This document shows positions 51,886 to 62,161 of a stretch of 64,000 bases of DNA, piece by piece. Position numbers and translations under genes: made by a program. Origin of the DNA: Candidatus Nomurabacteria bacterium (GTDB taxonomy: Bacteria; Patescibacteriota; Minisyncoccia; Phycocordibacterales; UBA9973); NCBI GenBank assembly GCA_003155695.1, contig PMDZ01000006.1:20007-84006 (forward strand). Reading direction: 5' to 3'. The stretch's first letter is position 1; every line of letters begins with the position of its first letter. The notes beneath the pieces are model-generated. The model was not told where the DNA came from and did not search any database. It saw only the letters and a list, made by a program, of their open reading frames with translations.

Positions 51886-53904
51886 ATGGTGAAGGTAAAA
51901 GAGCAAATACTTTGGCAATGGAAGTGGATAGAATACTTGGCCTATGCTATTGTTTTTATCACCCCTCTTTATTTTAGTACAAATCATTGGTTTTCGTTTA
52001 ATTCCCCGAAGACGCTCGCTATTTCTTTTGGAGTTTTGTCTATGACTATATTGTATGCTTGGGGAGTTATTGTCTCAAAGAAATTTTCTATAAAAGTTAC
52101 CCCACTTCACATTGTATTAGGAGTTTTTCTTGTCATTCTTACTATCAGTTCTATTTTGGGAGTGGATGCGCATAATTCATTTTTTGGGACTTTTAGTTTT
52201 CCGACCAACTTAATTTTTATTTATATAGTATCTTTGTTCGCTATTTTTATCGGATTTTTGATTCATAGAGATAAACAATTTTTACCAAAAATAATTTTAA
52301 CATCTTTTCTTAGTAGTATCATTGTGGCTTTTTTCTCATATACAGGGACTTCAATTTTTAAAATATTTACTGATTATAGTTCGACAATAGGGAATAGTTC
52401 ATATGCCGGGGCTTATCTCTTGTTCAATATTTGCTTTGGAATTGGCTTATTCTCATATTATAAAAAATGTTGGAAGAAGATATTAATAGCGATTTCAACT
52501 CTTTTTATTATTTTTTGCCCGCTATTCTTCAATATAGATATTTTTTCCGGGAAAATTGCATTATCGGATATTTTACACAATCCGCTTTTGCTCGCAGGTG
52601 TTGCAAATGGGGCAGCTCTGGGTGTAATTTTTTCCATTATAATCATTGCTTGTTTTTATCTCTTATTATCTTGTAAGAAGCCAATTAAAATTATTGGAGT
52701 TGTTTTATTTTTAGGATTTCTTTTGGGAACTGTTTATACTGGTTATATTTTTTTGAATCCAACCTCGAAGATTCATAATATATATTCTGAAGTAAAAGGT
52801 GATAATAGATTTATAGCTTGGGATATTGCTGAGAGAGGTTTGATGGATAGACCGCTACTCGGTTCCGGATTTAATAACTTTTATTACACATATCAAAAAT
52901 ATTTTAGAGCGGATATTTATAAAGAAGATATTGAATTTTTCCTCCAACCGCATAATGTTGTTTTTGAGTATGCATCAAATAATGGTATTTTAGGATTAGT
53001 TTCTTTTCTCTCGTTGTTATTTTTTACTTTTCTCGCATTGTTTAAGTATAGAGAAGATGAAGACGGAGAATATAGAATGTTTAGAATCTCTATAATTGGT
53101 ATTTTATTCGGATATTTTATTCAAAATTTATTTGGTTTTGATACAGTTACCTCTTACCTGATGCTTTTCTTGGTTGTTGGGATTGCGATAGGACTATCTT
53201 ACAAAAACCGGGATATTGCATTTACCGACAAATCGGAAATAATAAAAAAAATAATTTCTGTAATTATAATACTTGGGAGCCTAGTTTCTATTGTTTTATT
53301 TGTTGTATTGCCATGGAAAGAATCTTTAAAATGGAGACATTTTAACCAGGAGACAAGACTTCAGGAGCTTAGCATATTGAGACAAGGGTTGCAGGAGACC
53401 TCTCTTTTCGGAGGAGTAGGAGATAGTACTTATGAAGCAATTAAATTATATAATTTTTATATAGCAAATGTGGATAAAATAAATGATTCGAATAGAATGT
53501 CTTTTCTTGATGAAATTGATTCTATTGTCGGGCAAATAGAAAAAGACCAACTGTCTCAACCAGATGATTTTCGGGCTTATCTTGTCATAGGGAAGTTATT
53601 GAGTCTAAAAATATATATTATGGGGAGGGTCGATGAGAGTGTTTGGGGAAAAGCGAATTTTTATCTGGATAAAACACTCAGCATTGTTAATTACCAAAAC
53701 CCTGAAGCTTTCTTGGCAAAGGCACAATTATATATTTTCAAAAATGACTATGTCCAAGCTCGTTTATATACCCAAAAAGCAATATCGTTAATTCCAAACT
53801 ACAAAGATTCATATGAAATAGCAAAAAAAATTCAAGCCTTGAGCTCCGATAAAGATTTCCAGAAATACATAGATAATATGCAAAAAATCTGGCTTATAAA
53901 ATAA
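51886..53904 (+). CDS. Wzy_C-domain (O-antigen ligase / O-oligosaccharyltransferase-like) polytopic membrane protein with C-terminal TPR repeats
   Basis: About 12 TM helices with the Wzy_C signature region ...RPLLGSGFNNFYYTYQKYF...QPHNVVFEYASNNGILGLVSFL. The C-terminus AFLAKAQLYIFKNDYVQARLYTQKAISLIPNYKDSYEIAKKI is TPR-like. Confidence 0.7.
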   Translation: MVKVKEQILWQWKWIEYLAYAIVFITPLYFSTNHWFSFNSPKTLAISFGVLSMTILYAWGVIVSKKFSIKVTPLHIVLGVFLVILTISSILGVDAHNSFFGTFSFPTNLIFIYIVSLFAIFIGFLIHRDKQFLPKIILTSFLSSIIVAFFSYTGTSIFKIFTDYSSTIGNSSYAGAYLLFNICFGIGLFSYYKKCWKKILIAISTLFIIFCPLFFNIDIFSGKIALSDILHNPLLLAGVANGAALGVIFSIIIIACFYLLLSCKKPIKIIGVVLFLGFLLGTVYTGYIFLNPTSKIHNIYSEVKGDNRFIAWDIAERGLMDRPLLGSGFNNFYYTYQKYFRADIYKEDIEFFLQPHNVVFEYASNNGILGLVSFLSLLFFTFLALFKYREDEDGEYRMFRISIIGILFGYFIQNLFGFDTVTSYLMLFLVVGIAIGLSYKNRDIAFTDKSEIIKKIISVIIILGSLVSIVLFVVLPWKESLKWRHFNQETRLQELSILRQGLQETSLFGGVGDSTYEAIKLYNFYIANVDKINDSNRMSFLDEIDSIVGQIEKDQLSQPDDFRAYLVIGKLLSLKIYIMGRVDESVWGKANFYLDKTLSIVNYQNPEAFLAKAQLYIFKNDYVQARLYTQKAISLIPNYKDSYEIAKKIQALSSDKDFQKYIDNMQKIWLIK

Positions 53905-53932
53905 TTATTAAAATAAATGTTATAATTAGGAT

Positions 53933-54817
53933 ATGAAAATAATAGTCACAGGCGGAGCGGGGTTTATTGGGAGCCATATTGTGGATACTCTTATTAACGG
54001 GGGATACGAAGTCCATGTTGTGGATAACTTATCGGCTGGGAAAAAGGAAAATGTGAACCCAAAGGCAACTCTACATGTAGTGGATATCCGAGATAAAGAT
54101 GCCCTCATTCCGATTTTTAAGGATGCCAAATACGTCTTCCACGAAGCAGCTTTCCCCCAAGTAGAGTATTCTATCCAAAATCCAATAGAGACAAATGATA
54201 TCAATGTGAATGGAACGTTGAATGTCTTGGAGGTTTCAAAAATAAATAAAGTCAGAAGAGTTATCTTTGCCTCTTCGTGCGCTGTCTATGGTGACCAAGA
54301 GAAAATGCCAATGGTTGAGGATATGGCTGTTTATCCACTTTCTCCTTATGCTGTCCATAAGCATATTGGGGAAATATATATGAAATTATATTCAGAAATT
54401 TATAATCTGGAGACTGTTTGTCTTCGGTATTTTAATGTCTATGGTCCACGCCAATCTGTGAATGGCTCATATCCACTTGTCATAGCCAAATTTTTAGACC
54501 TGAAAAAACAAAATAAGCCGCTTATGATAGTCGGAACCGGTGAGAATACTCGCGATTATGTCAATGTTCGAGATATTGTCCGGGCAAACATATTGGCGAT
54601 GAAAGGTGATAAGGTTGGAAAAGGAGAAGTTATAAATATTGGTACCGGCAAACAATATTCTGTTAACCAAATTGCCGAAATCATCGGTGGTCCGACAGAG
54701 CACATTCCTCCGCGAATTGAACCTCGTTGCGCGGAAGCTGGCATTACAAAAGCCAAAGAGCTTCTTGATTGGGAGCCGAGTGTGAGTTTAGAGGAGGGGA
54801 TAAATACTTTGCTTTAG
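53933..54817 (+). CDS. NAD-dependent sugar-nucleotide epimerase/dehydratase (GalE/WbpP-like SDR)
   Basis: MKIIVTGGAGFIGSH Rossmann fold and the YxxxK catalytic motif (YAVHKHIGE). Confidence 0.85.
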   Translation: MKIIVTGGAGFIGSHIVDTLINGGYEVHVVDNLSAGKKENVNPKATLHVVDIRDKDALIPIFKDAKYVFHEAAFPQVEYSIQNPIETNDINVNGTLNVLEVSKINKVRRVIFASSCAVYGDQEKMPMVEDMAVYPLSPYAVHKHIGEIYMKLYSEIYNLETVCLRYFNVYGPRQSVNGSYPLVIAKFLDLKKQNKPLMIVGTGENTRDYVNVRDIVRANILAMKGDKVGKGEVINIGTGKQYSVNQIAEIIGGPTEHIPPRIEPRCAEAGITKAKELLDWEPSVSLEEGINTLL

Positions 54818-54847
54818 GCCTTATTAATTAAAATATAAAGTTGTTAT

Positions 54848-55603
54848 ATGGATAATATTTTAGAAGAAGAAAAAAAATTTCAAGATTCGAAAGTCACAAG
54901 CAGTGTTCGTGCTGGGTATTATGCTTTCTATAAAGATAACAAAGAAACATTAGCTCATATTAATAATCATTTAAATGGAGTTTCCGGGAAAATTCTTGTT
55001 TTGGGATGTGGAGATGTGGATATTACCTTGCTTTCCAAATACAAATTCAACCAAATTGTTGGAATCGATATTTCTCCCGAATCGGTGAAAAAAATAAATT
55101 TATTCATAAAAAATAAAGGGTTGGGCGACAAAATAAAATGTTTTGTTATGGATGCCCATAATTTGGAGTTTAGTGATAAAGAATTCGATATAATCTTCGG
55201 AACTGGTATTTTGCATCATTTAAACATTGAAAAGGCCTCAGAAGAAATGAGGAGAGTATTAAAAGATAACGGCGAAATAATTTTTATGGAACCACTGGGA
55301 ATAAATCCAGTGCTAAATTGGCATCGCAAAAGAACACCGGAAGCAAGAACTGAATTTGAACACCCACTTCGCTCCAAAGACTTCAAGACAATAAAAAAAT
55401 ATTTTTCAATAAGCACAAAAGGGTTTTATCTATTTACAATCCTAAGTTTTGGATTCAAAACTATTATTAAATCTGATTTTCTTTATAAAATAAGTCGATT
55501 AGCACTTTCAGGCTTGGACATGTTATTATTATCTGTACTACCCTTAGATTACTTATGTTGGATTACAATCATTGAAGGTAAAAAAAGAAATTTAACTGTC
55601 TGA
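54848..55603 (+). CDS. Class I SAM-dependent methyltransferase
   Basis: ILVLGCGDVD motif I, GIDISPES, and a hydrophobic C-terminal tail. Confidence 0.65.
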   Translation: MDNILEEEKKFQDSKVTSSVRAGYYAFYKDNKETLAHINNHLNGVSGKILVLGCGDVDITLLSKYKFNQIVGIDISPESVKKINLFIKNKGLGDKIKCFVMDAHNLEFSDKEFDIIFGTGILHHLNIEKASEEMRRVLKDNGEIIFMEPLGINPVLNWHRKRTPEARTEFEHPLRSKDFKTIKKYFSISTKGFYLFTILSFGFKTIIKSDFLYKISRLALSGLDMLLLSVLPLDYLCWITIIEGKKRNLTV

Positions 55604-55621
55604 TGAGTCAGCAAAATAATT

Positions 55622-56554
55622 ATGGAAATAAGTGAAGAAAAAAGAAAGGAACTGATATCTCAACTTGACAGACTTTCAAAAAGAGCGTTTGAATACTTAA
55701 GATTTTTAGGCGCTGGCTTTATAAAAAAAATAATGAGAATGATCTCCTCTCCACGAATATTTTTTGAAAATATTTTCTGGCGCTTACGAGTGAAAATATC
55801 AGGATGCAAAAGTGAAATCCCTGTCACGTTTTTCTTTGGCAGAAAAATCCTTTTGGATATAAGAGACCGTGATGCCCTTGACCTCAAGCTGTTCGGTCTT
55901 TTGCCGGCCGACGAAGAATGCTCACTCACGAAATATTTTATAATGAATTTAAAGTCAAACGACGTATTTTACGATATCGGCGCGAACTGGGGTTTCTATT
56001 CTTATCTTGCCGTCATATTTTGCAATGAAGTACATGTTTTCGAACCTTTGCCAAATATAGCGAAACTTTTGGAAAAAAATTTAAGCGGTGACGCAAAAGT
56101 AACTTTCAATAACATTGCCATATCCGACAAAAAAGGGAGTTCTGAAATCTATATCAGTGAAAGTTCAGGAAGAAGTACGATTAACAAAGAATCTGTCGAG
56201 ATGAATGGGGGAAAAAACATGGGGAAAATTATTATTCAAACAACAACTTTGGATGAATATGTCCTGGGGAAAAATCTTCCGACAATCATCAAGATGGATG
56301 TGGAAGGAGCGGAATATATGGTAATCAAAGGGGGTATTGATATCTTTTCAAAACACAATCCGATTATTGCTTTAGAGGTATGGTCATCCTCTTTTGGAGG
56401 ATCAATTTCGATGAAAGCGGTAGAATTGCTGAGAGAAATGGGGTATACTTCATATAGAATAACGGATAAGAGCACGCTTGAAGGAATAAAAGGAGATCTA
56501 TCTTTGTCGATAGGACAAGGAAGAAATTGTGAAAACTTCATTTTTAAAAAATAA
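55622..56554 (+). CDS. FkbM-family methyltransferase
   Basis: YDIGANWGFYS...LDEYVLGKNLPTIIKMDVEGAEYMVIKGG, the Methyltransf_21/FkbM signature. Confidence 0.8.
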   Translation: MEISEEKRKELISQLDRLSKRAFEYLRFLGAGFIKKIMRMISSPRIFFENIFWRLRVKISGCKSEIPVTFFFGRKILLDIRDRDALDLKLFGLLPADEECSLTKYFIMNLKSNDVFYDIGANWGFYSYLAVIFCNEVHVFEPLPNIAKLLEKNLSGDAKVTFNNIAISDKKGSSEIYISESSGRSTINKESVEMNGGKNMGKIIIQTTTLDEYVLGKNLPTIIKMDVEGAEYMVIKGGIDIFSKHNPIIALEVWSSSFGGSISMKAVELLREMGYTSYRITDKSTLEGIKGDLSLSIGQGRNCENFIFKK

Positions 56555-56590
56555 TGTTCATATTTACAATTATTAACAAAAAGTGTATCA

Positions 56591-57649
56591 ATGAATAACC
56601 AAGAAAAAAAAATTAAAATAGGAATAGTGGGTGCCGGCTGGGTGGCGAATAATCGACATATTCCGGCTTTTAAGTCCGACCGACGATGCAGTATCGTGGC
56701 AATATACGATACAACACTAGAAAAAGCGGAAAAAACGGCAAAAAAGTACAAAATAAAAAATATATTTTCTGATTATAATTCGTTTTTAAATTCGGAAATA
56801 GATGCTGTTGTGGTCTGTACTCCGCCAATGTGTCATGCCAGTGTGGCCAAGGAAGCGCTTCTTCGAAATAAACACGTGCTGGTAGAAAAACCATTTTCTC
56901 TCACTATCGCTGATGGAAAAGAAATTGAAAATATTGCAAAAAGCAATGGTTTAATACTTTTTCCGGGACATAATTTCCTTTTTTCTAGAGCAATGTTAAA
57001 AATAAAAGAAGAACTAAAAAAACCGGACACAGGTGATATTTTGCATGTATCCGGATATCAGTGGAGCAGTTGGATGCGTCATCTTCCGACTTGGTTTCCA
57101 GAATTACCCGGCGGCTTATTCTTTGATGAAGGTCCTCATTTTATGTATTTGATGAAATATCTTGTGGGAGATTTTTCCGTAACTTCCGCAACATATACCA
57201 AAAAAGAAGCTGGGATGAAAAGACCGTTTGAAAATTATGTGGTCTCGGTAAAGGGAGAAAGGGCAACTGGAGATTTTTCGATGTTTTTCGGGTCGCCAAT
57301 GTCCGAATGGTTAATTGTCATAATGTGTCAGAAAAAGACACTTGTTTATGATATGTTCAGGGACTTTTACTTTACATTTAACCCCGAGCTAAAAAGAACT
57401 CGCATGTATCCAATAAGTGTTGTTGCATCCTTTGACAGACAGGTTTGGAAACAATATATAAAGTGGATATTCAGAAGATACGCCATATTTAAGCGGCACT
57501 TATATGGTGCCGATGTAATCGCAAGAAAATTTTTGGACGCAATCACAGGAAAAAGCGAACCAATTTTACACCCGTCAGATGGATATCAAGCTGTCGAAAA
57601 AATTATTGAAATAATTAAAAAATCAGGAACGAATTTATATGAAGTCTGA
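56591..57649 (+). CDS. Gfo/Idh/MocA-family NAD(P)-dependent oxidoreductase (sugar-nucleotide dehydrogenase-like)
   Basis: IKIGIVGAGWVANNRHIPAF N-terminal Rossmann fold and the EKP motif (VLVEKPFSLT). Confidence 0.8.
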   Translation: MNNQEKKIKIGIVGAGWVANNRHIPAFKSDRRCSIVAIYDTTLEKAEKTAKKYKIKNIFSDYNSFLNSEIDAVVVCTPPMCHASVAKEALLRNKHVLVEKPFSLTIADGKEIENIAKSNGLILFPGHNFLFSRAMLKIKEELKKPDTGDILHVSGYQWSSWMRHLPTWFPELPGGLFFDEGPHFMYLMKYLVGDFSVTSATYTKKEAGMKRPFENYVVSVKGERATGDFSMFFGSPMSEWLIVIMCQKKTLVYDMFRDFYFTFNPELKRTRMYPISVVASFDRQVWKQYIKWIFRRYAIFKRHLYGADVIARKFLDAITGKSEPILHPSDGYQAVEKIIEIIKKSGTNLYEV

Positions 57650-58745
57650 AGTAGTTTTTTTTACTCATACACTAGAGGGGGGAGTCGGCAGAGTTACCAT
57701 GCAGTTGGCTGAAGGTTTTTTAAACGAGGGTGTTTCTTCGGAAGTTTGGACACAAGAGAACACAGATTTGTCTCCATCGTTTGCTTCAGTTAAAATTTTT
57801 TCTTTTAACAAAAAAAAGGCTCGCCAACTTTTTTTTCTTCTATTAAAAAAGATTAATGAAGATAAACCGAGAGTGATAATTTCATCAACATTCTATACCA
57901 ATATTATTGCTATAATATCGTCACTACTCTCTCATCGTAAAGTCAAAGTAATTGTTATCGAACATATTGCTGTTAAGTCTGAATTCAAAAACTTGGGTCT
58001 ATTAAAAAAATTAATCATGCGCGTCTTGATATTCTTTTTTTATCGTCTTGCCTATTCGGTCGTAACAGTGTCCGATGAATCCGGCGATATTCTAAGTAGA
58101 TTCTGCCTTTTACCACGAAAAAAAATTATTACTATATACAACCCTGTTATTTCTAAAGATTTATACGAAAAATCAAATACTCCAATAAACCACCCTTTTT
58201 TTAACTTAGGTCATCCAATTCTTCTTAATGTAGGAAGGCTAGATAAGCAGAAAGATATTGGCACACTCCTCGAGGCGTTTTCTATAGTAACGAAAGAAAT
58301 TGAAAGCCGCCTTATTATAATTGGAGAAGGAAATGGAAAAACACAATTAATAGAACAATGCAAAAAATTAAAAATTCTTAATCAGGTGGATTTTGCTGGG
58401 TATTTGAAAAATCCCTATCCTTTTTTCAAAAAATCTAGCGTGTTTGCCCTTTCTTCACTATATGAAGGTCTGCCAACTGTTCTTATTGAGGCCTTGGCTT
58501 TGCGACTTCCCATTGTCAGCACAAAATGTCCATCAGGTCCGGCAGAAATACTCCAGCAAGGAAAATACGGGATTCTTGTACCTATTAAAGATCCGAAATC
58601 TCTCGCACAAGGAGTTTTGAATCTTTTGAAAAATAAAAATATTATTCATGAACCACCGGAAGAATATCTAGACCCGTATACTCAAAAGTATTCTGTTCAC
58701 CGTTATCTTTCAATTATTCATAATATTAATAAAAAAAATGATTAA
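57639..58745 (+). CDS. Glycosyltransferase family 4 (GT-B, Glycos_transf_1)
   Basis: LLNVGRLDKQKDIGTLLEAF...FALSSLYEGLPTVLIEALALRLPIVSTKCPSGPAEIL (the EX7E region). Confidence 0.85.
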   Translation: MKSEVVFFTHTLEGGVGRVTMQLAEGFLNEGVSSEVWTQENTDLSPSFASVKIFSFNKKKARQLFFLLLKKINEDKPRVIISSTFYTNIIAIISSLLSHRKVKVIVIEHIAVKSEFKNLGLLKKLIMRVLIFFFYRLAYSVVTVSDESGDILSRFCLLPRKKIITIYNPVISKDLYEKSNTPINHPFFNLGHPILLNVGRLDKQKDIGTLLEAFSIVTKEIESRLIIIGEGNGKTQLIEQCKKLKILNQVDFAGYLKNPYPFFKKSSVFALSSLYEGLPTVLIEALALRLPIVSTKCPSGPAEILQQGKYGILVPIKDPKSLAQGVLNLLKNKNIIHEPPEEYLDPYTQKYSVHRYLSIIHNINKKND

Positions 58746-60012
58746 AACAATGTTAAATAAAATATCAAAAGAAATCGACTACTGTTTAATAGGAATTCTG
58801 TTTTTATGCATGTATTTTACCGGGCCCTTATATCAAGTAAATCTGATTGGGATAAAGATTTTACCATTTGATTTTGCCATTGTTGGAATAACAATTTTTG
58901 TAATTCTGAGAATGCTTAAAGAAAAAACTTTGAAATACAATATAATTTCATTTCCTAAGATATTACTGATTTCTTTCTGTTTATTCGCCACAATGATGTC
59001 ATTGGACATATTGAGAGTACCGGCACATTTATCAGTCTTGACCCTTCTTATTGCAACTATTCGAAATTTCGTATTCTCTTGGATAATAATTAATCTGGTT
59101 TTGCGTACTAAGATTAATCAAGAGCAAATCATGAGTTTAGTTACATGCATAACTACTGCCGTTTCATTTGTTAGTATAATTGCATATTTTATCTATTCTA
59201 TCTCGTTAGCTAAAATTCAAATGATGCCTTCTTTATGGCATCTTGGTATTTGGTATTATTTAAGCGAAGGAAAATTCTTGAGATTGTCTGGACTTGCAAG
59301 CGATCCCAATTTTTTTATCGCAGTTAGCATCGTGGGATTTATTTTTTCCCTCTTACTTTTCAATAAGAATAATTTACAGAAGATTATGTCGTTTATTATA
59401 TTCATTGCGCTTGTTCTTACTATTTCAAAAATTTTTCTAGTGTTGCTTGTTGGGTCATTCATGGGTTTGTTGGCGATTTATATAATAAAAAAACAAAAAT
59501 ATATTTTGGATATCCTACGAAACTTTTTAACGATCGTTATTATATCGTCGGTTGTTCTGCTGATTATTGGTATCATGTTCCCGAAAGTAAATGTGTATAA
59601 AATGTATACATCAAGAATATCCACTGAAGTAGCTTATACAAATAACCCAGAAGCAATTGACACTCGCTCGAGTTTGTGGAAGGTAGGATATGAAACTTAT
59701 TTGGAACACCCGGTTACTGGTTCCGGTGGCAAAGCTATACTCTTCAAAAGAGGTATGTATGTTCATAATGATTATCTGGAAATGATGAGTTCCTATGGCA
59801 TAATTGGCTTGATGATCTTACTCTTCTTCCTTTTTTCCAATCTATTTGTATCCTTTAAATATTTATACAGTAGATTGTTGCTGGCACCATTCCTCTCAAT
59901 TTTTTGTTATGTTGGTTTTATGATGGGTTTTTCAGTGTTTTTCAATCCATATTTTTTCTTTCCTCTCGGAATAATGTGGTCGCAAATTATTCTGTTAAAA
60001 AAACAAGAATAA
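58738..60012 (+). CDS. O-antigen polymerase/ligase-family (Wzy-like) polytopic membrane protein
   Basis: About 10-12 TM helices with a Wzy_C-like loop ...HPVTGSGGKAILFKRGMYVHNDYLEMMSSYGIIGLMILLFF. Confidence 0.7.
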   Translation: MIKTMLNKISKEIDYCLIGILFLCMYFTGPLYQVNLIGIKILPFDFAIVGITIFVILRMLKEKTLKYNIISFPKILLISFCLFATMMSLDILRVPAHLSVLTLLIATIRNFVFSWIIINLVLRTKINQEQIMSLVTCITTAVSFVSIIAYFIYSISLAKIQMMPSLWHLGIWYYLSEGKFLRLSGLASDPNFFIAVSIVGFIFSLLLFNKNNLQKIMSFIIFIALVLTISKIFLVLLVGSFMGLLAIYIIKKQKYILDILRNFLTIVIISSVVLLIIGIMFPKVNVYKMYTSRISTEVAYTNNPEAIDTRSSLWKVGYETYLEHPVTGSGGKAILFKRGMYVHNDYLEMMSSYGIIGLMILLFFLFSNLFVSFKYLYSRLLLAPFLSIFCYVGFMMGFSVFFNPYFFFPLGIMWSQIILLKKQE

Positions 60013-60041
60013 TCAGTTAACTTGCCAAAATTAGATTTAAG

Positions 60042-60932
60042 ATGATGATTTCAGTAATAATAATTACATACAGAAGAAAGGAGGAAATCCTGAAATGTTT
60101 AGAATCAATCGTATCACAGGACTATAATAATTATGAAATTATTCTTATCGATAATAACAAGGAAGAACATTTTTCCGAATATATTCTAAATCATGCAAAA
60201 GATGTACCTCGATTAAAATATATCAAAAATAATTTTAATTCTTCGGTTACAGGAGGGAGAAATCTGGGTGTTTTGCATGCCTCGGGAGATATTTGTGTTT
60301 TTATCGATGATGACGCGTTTTTTGAAAAAAATAATGCATTAACCTTAACTTCCGAAAAAATGAATAGAGAAAAAGATGTGGGGGTTTTAGCTTATAAAAT
60401 AATAAATTATTCGAGTAAAAATGTTGAGCGCAAAGAATTCCCATTTAAGAACAAAAAGATCGATAAAAATACTGAAACTGAAGCCTCATACTTCTTGGGA
60501 GGAGCACATGCAATACGTAGGAATGTCTTTGGTTTAGTAGAAGGATACCCGGAAGATTTTATATATGGAATGGAAGAATTGGATATTTCATTCAGAATTT
60601 TGGATAAGGGTTTTAAAATATTGTATTTCCCTTGTGTTATCGCATGGCACAACCCGTCCATATCGGGAAGACTTGAAAAAAAATCTTACTGGAAAAACAT
60701 TTTGGAAAATAGACTAAAGGTTGGAATCCGGAATCTTCCATGGAGGTATTTTGCGATTAATTTTATCATATGGTCTCTGAAGGTGCTGAAAGAATCCAAG
60801 AACATAATGGTGCTGATTGAAACATATAGTTCTCTTCTCAGAAACAGGAAAGAGATTCAGAAGGGAAGAAAAGTCATTTCGAACAAGACAATTAAAAAAT
60901 TAAAATTAATTGATAATAGGTTATATTATTAA
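60042..60932 (+). CDS. Glycosyltransferase family 2
   Basis: MISVIIITYRRKEEILKCLESIVSQDY..YEIILIDN and a DDD motif (FIDDDAFF). Confidence 0.85.
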   Translation: MMISVIIITYRRKEEILKCLESIVSQDYNNYEIILIDNNKEEHFSEYILNHAKDVPRLKYIKNNFNSSVTGGRNLGVLHASGDICVFIDDDAFFEKNNALTLTSEKMNREKDVGVLAYKIINYSSKNVERKEFPFKNKKIDKNTETEASYFLGGAHAIRRNVFGLVEGYPEDFIYGMEELDISFRILDKGFKILYFPCVIAWHNPSISGRLEKKSYWKNILENRLKVGIRNLPWRYFAINFIIWSLKVLKESKNIMVLIETYSSLLRNRKEIQKGRKVISNKTIKKLKLIDNRLYY

Positions 60933-60934
60933 AA

Positions 60935-62161
60935 ATGACAAAAAGAAAAAAAATACTGATTTCATTGTTCAGATTTCCTTATCCAGCAAGTGATGGTACT
61001 CGAAATAAAATTCTAAAAAGTGTGATTGAAGGACTTGCTACTGATTTTGATCTTGAGTTTTTTATTGTTTCAACTGAAAAAATTGAGCCCAAAAATGTTG
61101 AATATTTTAAGAACAAATACGGCAAAATCCATTTATTTAAGCATTCGAAATTCGAAATGGTATTAAGGGCATTTTGTGCTCTATTCTCAAAACTACCGAT
61201 TCAAGCGCGTGTGTACATATATGAAGATGCAAAGAAATGGCTAAGAAAAAACATCAATTCATTTGATGCATTATATGTTCACGAAATACGTCTTACCGAA
61301 TATTTAACAGATATTAACTTCGATAAAAATAAAATAGTAATCGACCTGAACGATGCAATATCTTTAAATTATAGTTCTTCTTTGGTTAATATCGGATATT
61401 TTAAAAAATTATTTTATTCTTTCGAATTTAAAAGAGTTAGAGATTATGAGGAAAAAATTGTTAATTCATTTAAACATTTTGTTACGGTGTCGGAATATGA
61501 CAGAAATTATCTGTTAAAATTTAATAAAAATAATTCACTAATACATTTTGTCTGTATTAGACTCGGTTTTGCAGTCTCTGAAAATTTTTATCGAGAAAAG
61601 GCGTCCGACCACAATATTTATTTTATCGGCAATTTGAATTATGAACCTAATCGTGATTGTATTTATTTCTTGTTACAACAAATTTTGCCGGAAGCAAAAA
61701 AAATAATTCCTGATCTTTCTTTATATATAATAGGAGGAGGTAATATTCCGAAGAAATTCTTTAGCCTTCCTGGTGTGATATTTACCGGGTTTGTTAATGA
61801 TCCTCTTCCAGTAATTGAAAAATGTAGCGCACTTATCGCACCCATCCGCTTCAACGGGGGAGTTCCTTCAAAAATTTTAGAATCCATGTCATACGGTATT
61901 CCCGTGGTGACATCCAAAGAAGCGGTTAATGGTATCGTTGATCTTAAAAATCACGAAAATATAATTTTATGCAATATTACCGATGTACATGCTTGGTGCC
62001 TGTCATTAAAAGAAATATTATTCAACTCTGAATTAAGAAACAAAATAGGGGTAAATGCTAAAGTATTCATAAATGAAAATTATTCTATATATAAAAGTCA
62101 ACAGGAATTTCGTAATTTGTTCCATGAAATTATATTGAGGAAAGAACCCTTTTCCAGCTAA
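60935..62161 (+). CDS. Glycosyltransferase family 4-like (GT-B)
   Basis: A C-terminal GT1/GT4 domain: IYFIGNLNYEPNRD...APIRFNGGVPSKILESMSYGIPVVTS. Confidence 0.75.
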   Translation: MTKRKKILISLFRFPYPASDGTRNKILKSVIEGLATDFDLEFFIVSTEKIEPKNVEYFKNKYGKIHLFKHSKFEMVLRAFCALFSKLPIQARVYIYEDAKKWLRKNINSFDALYVHEIRLTEYLTDINFDKNKIVIDLNDAISLNYSSSLVNIGYFKKLFYSFEFKRVRDYEEKIVNSFKHFVTVSEYDRNYLLKFNKNNSLIHFVCIRLGFAVSENFYREKASDHNIYFIGNLNYEPNRDCIYFLLQQILPEAKKIIPDLSLYIIGGGNIPKKFFSLPGVIFTGFVNDPLPVIEKCSALIAPIRFNGGVPSKILESMSYGIPVVTSKEAVNGIVDLKNHENIILCNITDVHAWCLSLKEILFNSELRNKIGVNAKVFINENYSIYKSQQEFRNLFHEIILRKEPFSS

